This document shows positions 1-11,300 of a DNA stretch of 39,597 bases, piece after piece. A model generated the notes under the pieces. It worked only from the letters and a program-made list of their open reading frames with translations, made no database searches and was not told where the DNA came from. The DNA comes from Klebsormidium nitens. Taxonomy: Eukaryota; Plantae; Klebsormidiophyceae. Both the position numbers and the translations under genes were made by a program. How positions within the stretch are numbered: the stretch's first letter is position 1; every line of letters begins with the position of its first letter. The stretch spans positions 37,585 through 77,181 of the forward strand of contig DF237213.1 in assembly GCA_000708835.1 (NCBI GenBank). The letters run 5' to 3'.

Positions 1-1241
1 GCGCTGCACATGGATCGATCGACTCCATCCGGGATCTAAGTACAGTTCGTTACTGAATTGCATCATAATGCAGTTGCGAACTTGCGACTTCCCGGTCACC
101 TGCATCCTATGGAACTCTCGCACTGTCGGATCGGTGACCACTGCAATATCCGCCGGGGCCGGCCGCGCAATCCGCAGATTCCTGCCATGGCACGGGCCAC
201 ATGCGGATGTGATCGCAGCTGAGCCAGCGCGCCGCTATCACTAAAGATCAAGCATCTTAGCTCGACATACATGTACACCGTGCGCAGGCTTGATCGGAAG
301 CTAACACTTCCACGAACTTGCGTGCAATTAAAATGCGGCCAGCATGCCATGATGGTACCGCGTAACATGATATAGGCCACATATATGACGATCACGTTCG
401 GACGCTATCGCACGCGCTGAGATCCGACCGTCCGTCCATGCATGCAAGACATTGAAAGTTTGACGTCATGGGCAGCATGTATAGTGGAGATATATTGTTG
501 TGGACAATCGCTGTATGCTGTGAGCAGTTATGACCGGAAGCAGGAGAACCCTGCACTGAGGACGGTCAGATTAATGACAACATGATGCCAGCACATTCGA
601 TCTGCATAAGGCAAGCACATTATCATGCCGCCCTGTCAGTGTCCGATCGACGGTCCTTCGAGGACTGTCTACTAAGCATGTGCTGGAGTAAGTTACATGC
701 CATGCTGGTCGCCGTGCAACAATTGAGGGGTTTGTCAATTGAGCTGACGTACTTTTGATGGTTCCTTAGGTATCACAGCAACCTGTAGCTTCTATCGTGA
801 GACACTTCAGATGCAACGCAATGGAGGTGTGCAAACATATGAAGTCGCTCCCAAGCAGGGTAACTATTGAGGACTGCAGCTCAAGCCGTTGATTCTCAAC
901 CCGTCACGTAAATCCATGCAGCCTCTTCCGACAATTGTTGAGCACAAGCCTTCGAAGACAAAGGTTTCTTTCCTTACCTTCTCCGCCTTTCCATTTCTAC
1001 CACCGACCCTTTTCACAGCTGACGCTCCTACTGTAAAAAGGGTTCACCGAGTGGACAAAATGGTGGCAAAACTCTCGGGAACTGGCGGCTCGTCGGCTTT
1101 ACCTCGTCGTAAGCTGTCTACTCACGAAAAGAAACTGCCAACACAGTCACGCTACATGCTGCAGCCTTGGAACTCTCTTGTGTCCCAGCTCAGTAGCTTC
1201 CCCCTCCCCCAGGCCCGTCCGCCCGTTCAGGCGCCCCAGCT

Positions 1242-2582
1242 TCAGTTGAACAACTTCTCCCCTTTTGCAAAGGCAATATAAAACACGGCGCCCGCTGCGA
1301 CCAGCGTTGCGGACAGCCCAAACACCGCCCCCCACCCCGTGACATCCCCGCTGCCGTCCGTGGCCGTTGTGAGCACCATGCCCGCGGCCGCCACCCCGAC
1401 CACCCCCGCCAGCGTGCCCGCCGTATTGGACACGCCCATCACCACCCCCGCGTACCGCGGCGCAATGTCCATGTGGTTCACCGCAAATCCCGCTCGCGCA
1501 AATGCGCACGCCCCAAGCGCAACCGAGGAGCACGCCACGGCGCCGCTCACGGTCTGGAACCTCGTCATGAGCAGAAACGCGACCGTCGCGACGCCAAAGC
1601 CCACGGTGTTGAGTGCCTTGCGCGCGGTCAGCAGCGGGACGCGGTGGCGGCCCACCAGGCGGTCCGCGAGGACGCCCCCCGCATTGAGGGCCAGGAACAT
1701 GAGGAGGTACGGGATGGTGGCAGCGGCGCCCATGCGCGCGAGGGGCGCGTGCAGGCCCTGCTCGAAGTAGGTGGGCAGCCAGTTCATGAGCACGTAGAAC
1801 GCATAGTGGAACGTGAAGTTGTTCACCACAATCGCCCACACCGCCATGCTGCGCAGCAGGCCGCCCCACGGGATGGCCCCCGGCGCAGGCCCCTTCTGCT
1901 TGCTGGCCTCCTTGTCGTGGCCCCCCTCCCCCGCCTCTGCAGCCTGCAGCGCCTCCATCTGCAGCGCCAGTAGCGCCTCGGTGCGCCCCTGCTGCAAGGT
2001 CGCCTCGCTCCCCGGTGCCTCGCGCGCCAGCAGAGCCCACGCGCCCGCCCACGCTGCGCCGAGCGCGCCCATCAACAGAAACACAGCGCGCGGCCCCCCA
2101 GCCTGTACCACTGTGGGGATGATGAGCATGGCGGTCGCGGCGCCCATGTACATGCCGGAGGTGACGAGGGACACGGCGCGGCTCTTCTCGTGGGGGGGCG
2201 TCCACTGCGCGAGCACCGTGTGGATGGCAGGGAAGATGAGCCCCTGCGCAACGCCGATGAGCGCCCGCGCCACCACCACCGGCAGCAGCGGTGACGCACG
2301 CGCGGGCGTGAGCGCGGAGCACACCGCCCAGAGCGCAAAGGAGCAGAGCAGGACGCGGCGGCCGCCGTACTGCGCGGCCGCCCAGCCCCCCGGGATCTGG
2401 GAGAGGGCGTAGCCGTAGTAGAAGGCGGAGAGCACGCCGCCCTTGGTGGCCTGGTCCAGGTGCTGCTCAATGGCGGCCGCAGTGAAGGCCACCGAGAACG
2501 CCACGCGCTCCAGGTACGCCACCAGGGTGGCAGCAAAGCACAGCACCACCATCATGTAGCGCGGCCGCAGCGCACCCGCCAT
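1242..2582 (-). CDS. PHT4;6: MFS anion/phosphate transporter, PHT4;6/ANTR5 (Golgi) type, single exon, 446 aa
   Basis: Uninterrupted ORF (ATG 2582, TGA 1242). It has SLC17/PHT4 motifs matching plant PHT4;6: YLERVAFSVA, SQIPGGWAA, AQGLIFPAIHTVLAQWTPPHEKSR, WAIVVNNFTFHYAFYVLMNWLPTYF, RAGFAVNHMDIAPRYAGVVMGVSNTAGTLAG. Confidence 0.93.
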   Translation of the reverse strand: MAGALRPRYMMVVLCFAATLVAYLERVAFSVAFTAAAIEQHLDQATKGGVLSAFYYGYALSQIPGGWAAAQYGGRRVLLCSFALWAVCSALTPARASPLLPVVVARALIGVAQGLIFPAIHTVLAQWTPPHEKSRAVSLVTSGMYMGAATAMLIIPTVVQAGGPRAVFLLMGALGAAWAGAWALLAREAPGSEATLQQGRTEALLALQMEALQAAEAGEGGHDKEASKQKGPAPGAIPWGGLLRSMAVWAIVVNNFTFHYAFYVLMNWLPTYFEQGLHAPLARMGAAATIPYLLMFLALNAGGVLADRLVGRHRVPLLTARKALNTVGFGVATVAFLLMTRFQTVSGAVACSSVALGACAFARAGFAVNHMDIAPRYAGVVMGVSNTAGTLAGVVGVAAAGMVLTTATDGSGDVTGWGAVFGLSATLVAAGAVFYIAFAKGEKLFN

Positions 2583-2653
2583 CGGGCACGCAACCGGAGG
2601 GCAGCAGAAAGGGGTCTTTCCAGCTGGACATCAGAGGGTGGGGCTTCTCTGGT

Positions 2654-3564
2654 CTATTCGCGGCCCTCTTCCTCAGCGAAGTCCTCGCGGCGGACCTTGT
2701 GGGGCCCCAGGTAGGTCCAGCTGCGCATGGTGGGCACCGCCTGCCCGGGGTGCTCCTCCCAGTAGCGCTCCTGCGCATGACGTTTCAGCGGTCAGGACAG
2801 GCACGCAATAGATCCTGTGAAATTGTCCTGGCACCCCTTGTAACACGGGGCCAGAGGGTGCCACTCTGTGACTTTACACCAGGTAAAGAAGCGCTCAGAC
2901 CAGGGAAGTAGCCAGGAACAGTCTGCCGGTAGATCTGTGAAGCGCTGTTACAAGGGTGTGTGCCAAGGCGGCTTCCCTGACGGAAAGAAGAACCAATCAA
3001 GAAGCAAGCCAAATCTAAAATTCTAACAGGACCCGATGCAGGTTTCAATCATCAACCAACCTAGAATGCGATTGCCAGCAGAAACAGTGCATCTGATACA
3101 TTGTACGCAGCAGAAAAGTGATTGGTTGAACCACAGCAGCACGGCAAGCAGCTCCGGAACTCCAAGTCTATGAGATGCCAAATCTGATCAAGCTGCCGAA
3201 GGACACCCATGTATGCATTATACTGATGGGCAGAAAAGCAGACATGAGACATACAAACAGTGCCCCCATCTTTGCTTACCTTGTAGAGCTGCTCTGTAAG
3301 CGCTGCTGCCACGACACCGCTGTAGAAGCCAACAACGTTGAGGAGAAGCAAAGGCGTCAGGGAGCGCGGTCGCTCGTAGGCCGCCAGCTCGTCAAAGAGA
3401 ATGACGGAGGCCCGGTAGGAGGGGTAGCCCGGCCACCGGCGCTGCAAGAAGCGCCTCCACATGGTCCAGCCTGCCGTCAGCACTACGCAGCGCCACCACG
3501 AATAGCCTCCAAATAGCCTCAGCAGTGATTCTGAACGCCAGAACCAACTCCCTATGGCAACCGC
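2654..3564 (-). CDS. Small conserved plant-type protein, 5'-partial (C-terminal ...EQLYK|ERYWEEHPGQAVPTM...)
   Basis: Exon 3564-3280 follows a TTGCAG acceptor and ends at AAG|GTAAG. Exon 2770-2654 follows a GCGCAG acceptor (39 codons including TAG). The phase-0 join gives GVVAAALTEQLYKERYWEEHPGQAVPTMRSW, a motif I recall from an uncharacterised land-plant family (not verified). The first exon was not located and may lie in or near the gap. Confidence 0.68.
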
Positions 3565-3805
3565 CTGCAACTACTAGGACCTACGTACCGTAGTGTGAAC
3601 CATGCGAGAGGACAAGACACTGGATCGACAGCCTGCATGAATTGACAATGACAGGTCTGCTGAACAGTGAATGTTGAAGACCATTTTCGATTCGATAAGC
3701 TCGGACGGTGGCGCTGCTGCGACATGAAGCTTTCTCGTCGAAATTCTTGTGGAGTCTCGTTGCGCAGGGATGGACGTGCCCAGCTACTGAGCTACCGTAG
3801 TCCAA

Positions 3806-4753
3806 NNNNNNNNNNNNNNNNNNNNNNNNNNNNNNNNNNNNNNNNNNNNNNNNNNNNNNNNNNNNNNNNNNNNNNNNNNNNNNNNNNNNNNNNNNNNNNN
3901 NNNNNNNNNNNNNNNNNNNNNNNNNNNNNNNNNNNNNNNNNNNNNNNNNNNNNNNNNNNNNNNNNNNNNNNNNNNNNNNNNNNNNNNNNNNNNNNNNNNN
4001 NNNNNNNNNNNNNNNNNNNNNNNNNNNNNNNNNNNNNNNNNNNNNNNNNNNNNNNNNNNNNNNNNNNNNNNNNNNNNNNNNNNNNNNNNNNNNNNNNNNN
4101 NNNNNNNNNNNNNNNNNNNNNNNNNNNNNNNNNNNNNNNNNNNNNNNNNNNNNNNNNNNNNNNNNNNNNNNNNNNNNNNNNNNNNNNNNNNNNNNNNNNN
4201 NNNNNNNNNNNNNNNNNNNNNNNNNNNNNNNNNNNNNNNNNNNNNNNNNNNNNNNNNNNNNNNNNNNNNNNNNNNNNNNNNNNNNNNNNNNNNNNNNNNN
4301 NNNNNNNNNNNNNNNNNNNNNNNNNNNNNNNNNNNNNNNNNNNNNNNNNNNNNNNNNNNNNNNNNNNNNNNNNNNNNNNNNNNNNNNNNNNNNNNNNNNN
4401 NNNNNNNNNNNNNNNNNNNNNNNNNNNNNNNNNNNNNNNNNNNNNNNNNNNNNNNNNNNNNNNNNNNNNNNNNNNNNNNNNNNNNNNNNNNNNNNNNNNN
4501 NNNNNNNNNNNNNNNNNNNNNNNNNNNNNNNNNNNNNNNNNNNNNNNNNNNNNNNNNNNNNNNNNNNNNNNNNNNNNNNNNNNNNNNNNNNNNNNNNNNN
4601 NNNNNNNNNNNNNNNNNNNNNNNNNNNNNNNNNNNNNNNNNNNNNNNNNNNNNNNNNNNNNNNNNNNNNNNNNNNNNNNNNNNNNNNNNNNNNNNNNNNN
4701 NNNNNNNNNNNNNNNNNNNNNNNNNNNNNNNNNNNNNNNNNNNNNNNNNNNNN
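3806..4753. other. Assembly gap (948 N)
   Basis: Run of n characters. Confidence 1.
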
Positions 4754-5116
4754 GCTCAGATGGTCGAGCCATTGTCTCGTCGCCCTGCCAGCGCTGCCAT
4801 GGTGGTCGAACTAGCGCATCTTATGGTGTCCACGCTGATCCGTTTGCCATTCGCAGGTCTAGGAGTTTATCAACTGGACAAGCACGGCCATGCTCACTGG
4901 TTGCATAACGTCATTGCATGACAACTTTTGGAACCCTAACCTACCTAGATTGTCCAGTCGGTGGCACTTTGAGCTCGTCTGGCGCGCCTCCTTGAGTATC
5001 CAGTGTTTGGGAAGTGCTGCCTCTTCCGCAGCAGAGCGTTCGAGCTGGGCACCGGCACTTTTTCGCTCCAGCTCCAAGTTGCTGACCCCTGTCCCGCCAA
5101 CTGTGGAAGGGCCACG

Positions 5117-7420
5117 ATGAGCGCCAGCAGGAGCCCCGTACCCCGGCTGGACAAGCTGGCCAGTGTCCTGGTTCCGGACGCACCCCGCGCTTCAGCCGCA
5201 GAGTCAGGGGACGAGTCCCAAGCCCAGGCCCGCGCCAGCTCAGCCAGCGAGGCATCCCACCCACCTGCGCCAGACGCCCACCACAGCAACGCTGACCCGC
5301 GGCGCGGCTCCAGGAGTGAGAGGAAGTCCCCGCCCCGGTCACCCCAGGCTCGCCGCCATGGGAAGACGTTTGGCGTCCCCAACTTGGCGCCCCTGAGCGC
5401 CATCATCTCTGGCGCAAATGGCAGCCATGGTCCGGCAAAGAAGCCCAACAGCCAGACCGGCAGAATGAAAGCCGTGCTGCGGGAGAGGGCGGTCTCACGT
5501 GGGGTGCGCAGGGCAGGCTTGTCGGCGGACGCGGGTGCCACCTCATCACCCGAGCCACAGGAGGCAGCTAGCCCTGGCGTCAGACTGCCCACCGAAGCGG
5601 CCCAAACAGCAGAGCGATCAGGGGTGACTGCCAGTGGGGCGGACAGCCCCCCTCTCCTGTCTCCGGAGTCGTCGAGCGCCGCCATGCCCGACGCCGCGCT
5701 GCTGCCCATGGTCACAGAGGAAGACATACAGAGAGCCTTCCGCTACTTTGCGGGGGGGAGGGGTGAGCTGTTACGGTCTGAGAGCGAGTCTGTTGCTTCT
5801 GTCCACCATCAGGGCAGGGCTTCCATATGTGGCAGCTGAGTGATTTGAAGGTTCATGCTTGATAGCTTGTTGGCTTGTTGCAAATTGCAATCATGGCGCT
5901 CTGTTGGATGAAAAAGGCAGTTGCAACTTCTGAGGAAGCATCGATGGTGTGCTCTTTTCGTGGTCTGCTCCTTGCGCCCCTCTGAGCTGAGCCCTGTGGT
6001 GCGCTGCTGTGCAGCTGAAGACGAGTTCACGGACGAAAACTTGCTGGAGCGCTGCTCCCCCTTCTATCCAGGTAAGGTGCCCAGGGTGCTCTTCCCGAAC
6101 CCTTTCTCTTGACGCCCTCCCAAGTCACTGAGTGCAGTGTGGTCCAGCAATGGCTTACTTAGATTAAGGCCGCTCAGCCCATCTTCCAGGGTACGATTCT
6201 CAGCGGTGGACCCGTTGCAGCTTGATCGTCAATGTCGTTCTTGAGTTCCTTCATGACAGAGTTTCAAGGGTGCAACGCTCAAGGTCCTTAAGGCAAACGG
6301 TAGATGATGCACTATCGGATTTTGCCGATGCTATGAAGCTGGCACCTTCAGCGGTGCCCAAATAAGGAGCCGTTCAGCATATCCGACGCCTGAGGTGGCA
6401 GCATGGCGCTCGTGTGTGTGCAGCGCTGACTGGCAAAGACGTGCGGTTGCTGATGGGCCACGGGGCCATGTCTGCCGACAAGCTGCGCAAGGTCGTCCAC
6501 ATCGCCCGCCACCGGGACCTCGCCGCCTTCGACCCCATCGCAGAGGCCTTCAAGGTGGGTCCTGCCGCACACACGCAGAAAAGGAAACATGGGTCTCTTT
6601 TGCCGTCTGTGATGCTCTCTCTGCAGTGCCGCTGTCCCTGCGGGGCAGTGGTTTGACACGGCCGGGCGTCATTTTATGCGTCTTCCCTCTTCTGGCCAGC
6701 GCGACTGTTGCCGATGTGGGCCTCACCAGCCGGTTCCGTTGTGGTGCAGGTATTGGACCCGCGCGAGACGGGCCACGCGGACATGGACGTCCTGGCGGAC
6801 CTGCTCGCGCACCTGCCGGGCGTGCACCGCCTCACCGACGAGGTCAGCCACGCGCCGCACTCAGGACCGCGGTGACGAAGTGATTTGCAAGTCGTGTATT
6901 TTTGAAGTGAACAGACCAACGAAGAGGTGGGAATCCTCAGGTCGGGCCGTAAGGGGGCCTGCTTGATTGCCTGGCAACAGCAGCTTCTAGTCGAGCACCG
7001 GGTAGGAGGAAAACTAGAGCTGGCTCAGGCTTAGCGACGGATTGCATTCGAGCGCTGGAGGTTATTGCAATTTGAGGTGACAGTCAACGGCAGGACATCG
7101 TCATCCCGTCTTCTATGCGCAAAGGTTTTTGGAGCCGACGTCCGGTTCTCATACCCAACCAATCCCGGCAGTCCGGGCCCCTGTCCTTTCTGTGAGCTGA
7201 TACGTGACCCGATGCGAAATGTCGTGTCAAGTAGAGCCCGGTCTGATGCTTCAGTGCCCCCGCCTGGCTGCAGGACCGCAGGTTCCTGCTCAAGATCTCG
7301 GACATCGACGGCGACGGCCTCATTAGCGAGGCCGACTTCCGGCGCTGCAGCACCTTCCTACCCCCGACCGCCCAGGACCAGGCCGTGGCACGAGCCGCAG
7401 CACTGAGGGCGTATTACTAA
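5117..7420 (+). CDS. EF-hand (calmodulin-like C-lobe) protein with long disordered N-terminus, ~357 aa, 5 exons
   Basis: Exons 5117-5762, 6015-6071, 6424-6554, 6750-6842, 7274-7420; all introns GT-AG and phase-consistent. The C-terminus reads FDPIAEAFKVLDPRETGHADMDVL...LTDEDRRFLLKISDIDGDGLISEADFRR, with a canonical EF loop DIDGDGLISEAD. Confidence 0.8.
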
Positions 7421-7559
7421 GCACGCCGGCCCCGGCAAGAAGCGCCCCAGACTCAGGCCATGGGGCGGGTGAATTTTCGCCGAGTTCCACCATGCTAGGG
7501 GGCGTGAGTACTAACGATCTGGCAACGCGTTGCGCAGTTTTAACACTTGCAATTGCAAG

Positions 7560-8300
7560 TGGGATTGAACCAGCCTCCATGGCCGGCGGACTCGAATTGC
7601 GACAGTAGCTGGCGCACTATTTCACGCTTAACTTAAGTATCCACTGTCTGGGCCAGGCACATGCCTTCAACACTAGGACTATAAACGCATATCTGTATGA
7701 TACATATAGCGGCACTAGATCTATCCTTGAAAATGGTCCATGTCTGAAGATCAAGTGCACGATCGCCGTCGCTATCAGGCTGCGCAGGTTCATTACATTT
7801 ACGGCTTGTGCCGGCGAACTCACAGACAATTGCACGGTCATGCATGATCTTGAATGATGCCAAACAACGGCCTCTCGGTGAAGATAAATCGAATAGCAAT
7901 GAGGCCGGCCGGCCGTATATACAAGTGATTGAAGTATGGCCCTAGCTATACTTATACCGGTTAAAGTATAGTCAACTATACATGGCCGCCTTGGACTCCA
8001 GCTCATGATCTCTAGCCCGCATGCACTCATAGCATCGCGCGATCATGAAAAATCGTGCACTGAGCTTCAAAGTTGGCCGGCGCGGCCCGGCCCGCGGCCC
8101 TGTCACGCGCATCAGTGAGCCGCGCGGCATAGATGGCATGCACCGATCGAGCTATACTAAGCTTACTAATTCCAATTATGTGTGTGGGCAGCTCGAAGCA
8201 TGTTGCAAATACTTGGAAGCGTCAAGCTATCAAGTTGGGGCTCAACCATCTCAAACGCGGATCGGACATGCATGAAAGGGCTGATCCGAAACCGTAAGTG
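7560..8300. other. Intergenic block enriched in 4-6-bp palindromes (between convergent EF-hand gene and lpxB)
   Basis: Manual count of ~44 palindromic tetramers in 7921-8160 versus ~15 expected at uniform composition. Confidence 0.6.
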
Positions 8301-8334
8301 GGCCACCTTATAAAGTGCCGCACAGACAGTACAG

Positions 8335-11300
8335 TCAGATTATTGTTATTGAAGTCCGTATTTTCCTCTCTGTCATCATTGTTAGGATGGTAGCGGCCGC
8401 CCTTCCGGCGGCGCCCGGTCCGCCGAGCAGGGCGCTCAGGCGGCGGTAGCCGTCCAGCACGGTGTCCCGCGCGCCGCGCTGGTTGCGCAGCAGCCCGAGG
8501 GCGGCCGCTGCCACGTCCTCGGGTCGGGCCGCGTCCTGGATGAACTCGGGCACCAGCTGCGCAGCAAGGCACGCTAAAGTGGGCGGGGCGACTTCGGCGG
8601 ACGTCACAAAGCCAACACGAGATTGCGGGGCATCAGGCCGGTAGATAAGCTCAAGTCACCGCTCTCAGTAATCCACTGAATAGGACGTGCAATGCACTGA
8701 ACAGTAGGGAAGGCAGGACATCAGATGCAACAACGGCTTTGGGCGTGCAGTGAATGTCGCTCCGCTCACCGGCTCTTCTAGGATCAGGTTGACGAGCGAG
8801 ATGTGCGGGACGCTGAAGTGGAACAGCGTGCGCGCCAGCCACGCAGTCACGGCATCGATGCGATACACCACCACCTGCGGGACCTGCGCAGGGGCAGAGC
8901 AATGAGTGTCGTCAGCACCTCGTCCCTTAAGCGGACTAGCAGAACGGCCTGGCCCACCGTTCACTCGGACATCTTGCGATACAGACTTTCATCTTCTGTC
9001 TCTACTTGCATCAAGTCTCCTCAAGATCCGATTTTGCAGGATGCTTCAATCGGCGACCAGAGGCCCCGTAAAGGAGCTGCTACTCTTCTGGCTCCCAGTT
9101 GGCGGGGGCAGGTGCGGTACCTGGAAGAGCGCGAGCTCCAGGTTGACGGTCCCGGACTTGGTAAGGGCCAGGTCCGCGGCCGCGAGCACCGTGTGAGAGT
9201 CGCCCTGCGCAACACGGTATGCGGAGCAGGCACGCATGTCAGAGGGGCGCCGCGCATCAGGGGCGTGTGTACCAAATGGGCCGGCTGGCGTGATACGAGA
9301 ATAGGGCGATCCTCCGTTGGCGAGGAGACCTTCCGTTCGATCTTTCGAAGAGAAGACACCAGCCCACAGCATGGCCAAACCAGTGGCTTGTTTTGATGCA
9401 GCAGCGGCAAATGTCGACCTACTTATATCCTGAAGAGGCTGGAAACTAAGCTAAAAAGAGAGAGCCAACTGCTAAGAAAGTAACGTACCTTCCAAATGGT
9501 TGCTTCAATTGAGTATGATTGCAGGGACTCTCTGATCGCGTTCTCTAAGTCCGAAGATACCACCGGTATGAAGAAGCGGAGGGGACAGTCCCCGGAACTG
9601 CAGATGACAACGTCTGGTTTCAGAGAAGACATAGTGCACTCCCACTTCAAGTCGCTTGGTTGAAACGTTTGAGCATCCACTAAGTTCGTTCCCATTAAAC
9701 TGCAACGGGCCCACTAGTGTCCTTTTCGAGGATCTGTAAGTCAAAAGCTTAAGGCTGCTCGAAAAGTCGCCAAAATGCCAAACGGATCAGCTAGACATGG
9801 CAATATTGAAACCCATCATTAGCAGGATTTGCGGGTAAGTCCGTTTGACAGGGTTTTTGGGGCCGGGATCCCGTAAGAACGTCGAAGCGTTCCGATCACA
9901 GCGAAGAACCGATCAGAAACGACCTGTGCGCTTTTCTCAGAATCTCCCCAGAGGATGTCAAAAGATTCGGTGTAGCATGACGTACTACTTTATACAAAGC
10001 CAGTTGCTTATCTTGCCCTTATCTGTTCGTAAGATTGCCTGCTGAAAAGGTGAAAGCAATCAAGCAAAACACGCCCAAAGTATTTTTGTCTTTGCAACGC
10101 TCCTTGACAAACTCAGTTCTGGCAAGAACGGGTCAAAGCAACGGTTCGTTCAAGGCCTTCGACTGTCAATCTAGGCCCAACTGGCCCTATGGCTGTGCCC
10201 CACCGTCCCTGCCCCTTACCTGGCCCACTCTTCCTGCACTGCCTGAGCTGCGCGCGCGAGAACCGGCCACACGTGGCGCACCTCCTGCGGCCGGGACGCT
10301 GGCAGCAGCGCCACCACCAGCGTGCCCGCACTCACGCCCAGCGCAGCGCGGGCAGCTGGGCGGTCAGGCTTGGAGGCAACGGCGTCCAGGAGCGGATGGC
10401 CCACCATTTGAACCGAGCCCCCAGCCCCTTGGAAGTAGCCAGCCTGTACTCAAAAGGACAGCGCACTGTATTGGAGAGGAGACTGAGAGTAATCTGTTTG
10501 GCCCGGTGCTCCTGTTTAAGTAGAAAGGGGGTCACTTGACTGCCCCAACCTATGAGAGACCTCTAAACTCCACACATCTTGACGAAGCTGTCTTCATGAG
10601 AAGACTTTAAGGTGAGCCGCACCTCTCTAGGGTAGGTGCACAAGATGGCGTCGGAGATGGCACACAGCGCCGGCGTGCGCGCCTCATTCCAGAGCCACTC
10701 GTTGGGGGGCACGTAGTACACCACCGGGCAGCCATACTGGCGCTTGAGGTAGCGGCCAAACGGGATGTTGACCCCCGGATAGTCAATAAGAATGACGAGG
10801 TCGGGCGGCTGGTCCCGCAGGAAGGCGCGCACTTGGGCCTGGAGGCGCAGCGTGGGGAGGACCAGGGGCAGCGCCTCCAGCAGCCCAATGGAGCTCAGGC
10901 CGCGGTTGTCGCCTGCACACCGAGGGGCACATATGAGGACAAAACAAGAGCGACCGTTCCAGCCATGAAGAACTGTCCTGGGGAAGGCTTCCCAGAACCC
11001 TGACTGCACATGTGCGTACACAATGACAGATCAGGGCCCCCATCTTCGCCAGGATCTCCAAAACCTTCCGCACACAAGTCTCGCATTCTGTACTCAAGTG
11101 CTTGCCTCCGAGGCAATCCCAGCAAGGATTGCATGGCGCTTACCTACCAGCGTGACTCCCGCCTCCTCAATGCCTCCACCTCCCAGCGCGCACACCGTGA
11201 CCTCGTGCCCCGCTGCCTGGGCTTGCTTCCGCACCTCGTGGACCAGGCCCGTGGCGTGCATATCGCCTGAAACATCCCCGGTGCTGATGAACACTCGAAT

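Noticed and set aside
2583-2770. Spliced fusion of the small conserved protein to PHT4;6
   Set aside because: The only plausible donor/acceptor pair I found (AAG|GTCCGC to GTCCAG|) puts the transporter out of frame.
1147-2778. Many overlapping and antisense ORFs over the PHT4;6 gene; similar shadow ORFs over exons 5 and 7 of the KH/GW gene
   Set aside because: Expected in very GC-rich coding DNA with few stop codons; they have no recognisable motifs and many begin at TTG/GTG, which is not appropriate for a nuclear gene.
3667-4908. Long ORFs 3667-4908 (+) and 3792-4772 (-)
   Set aside because: They consist almost entirely of X from the assembly gap and are artefacts.
4945-5727. 260-aa minus-strand ORF overlapping exon 1 of the EF-hand gene
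   Set aside because: Antisense shadow of a GC-rich exon that splices cleanly on the + strand.
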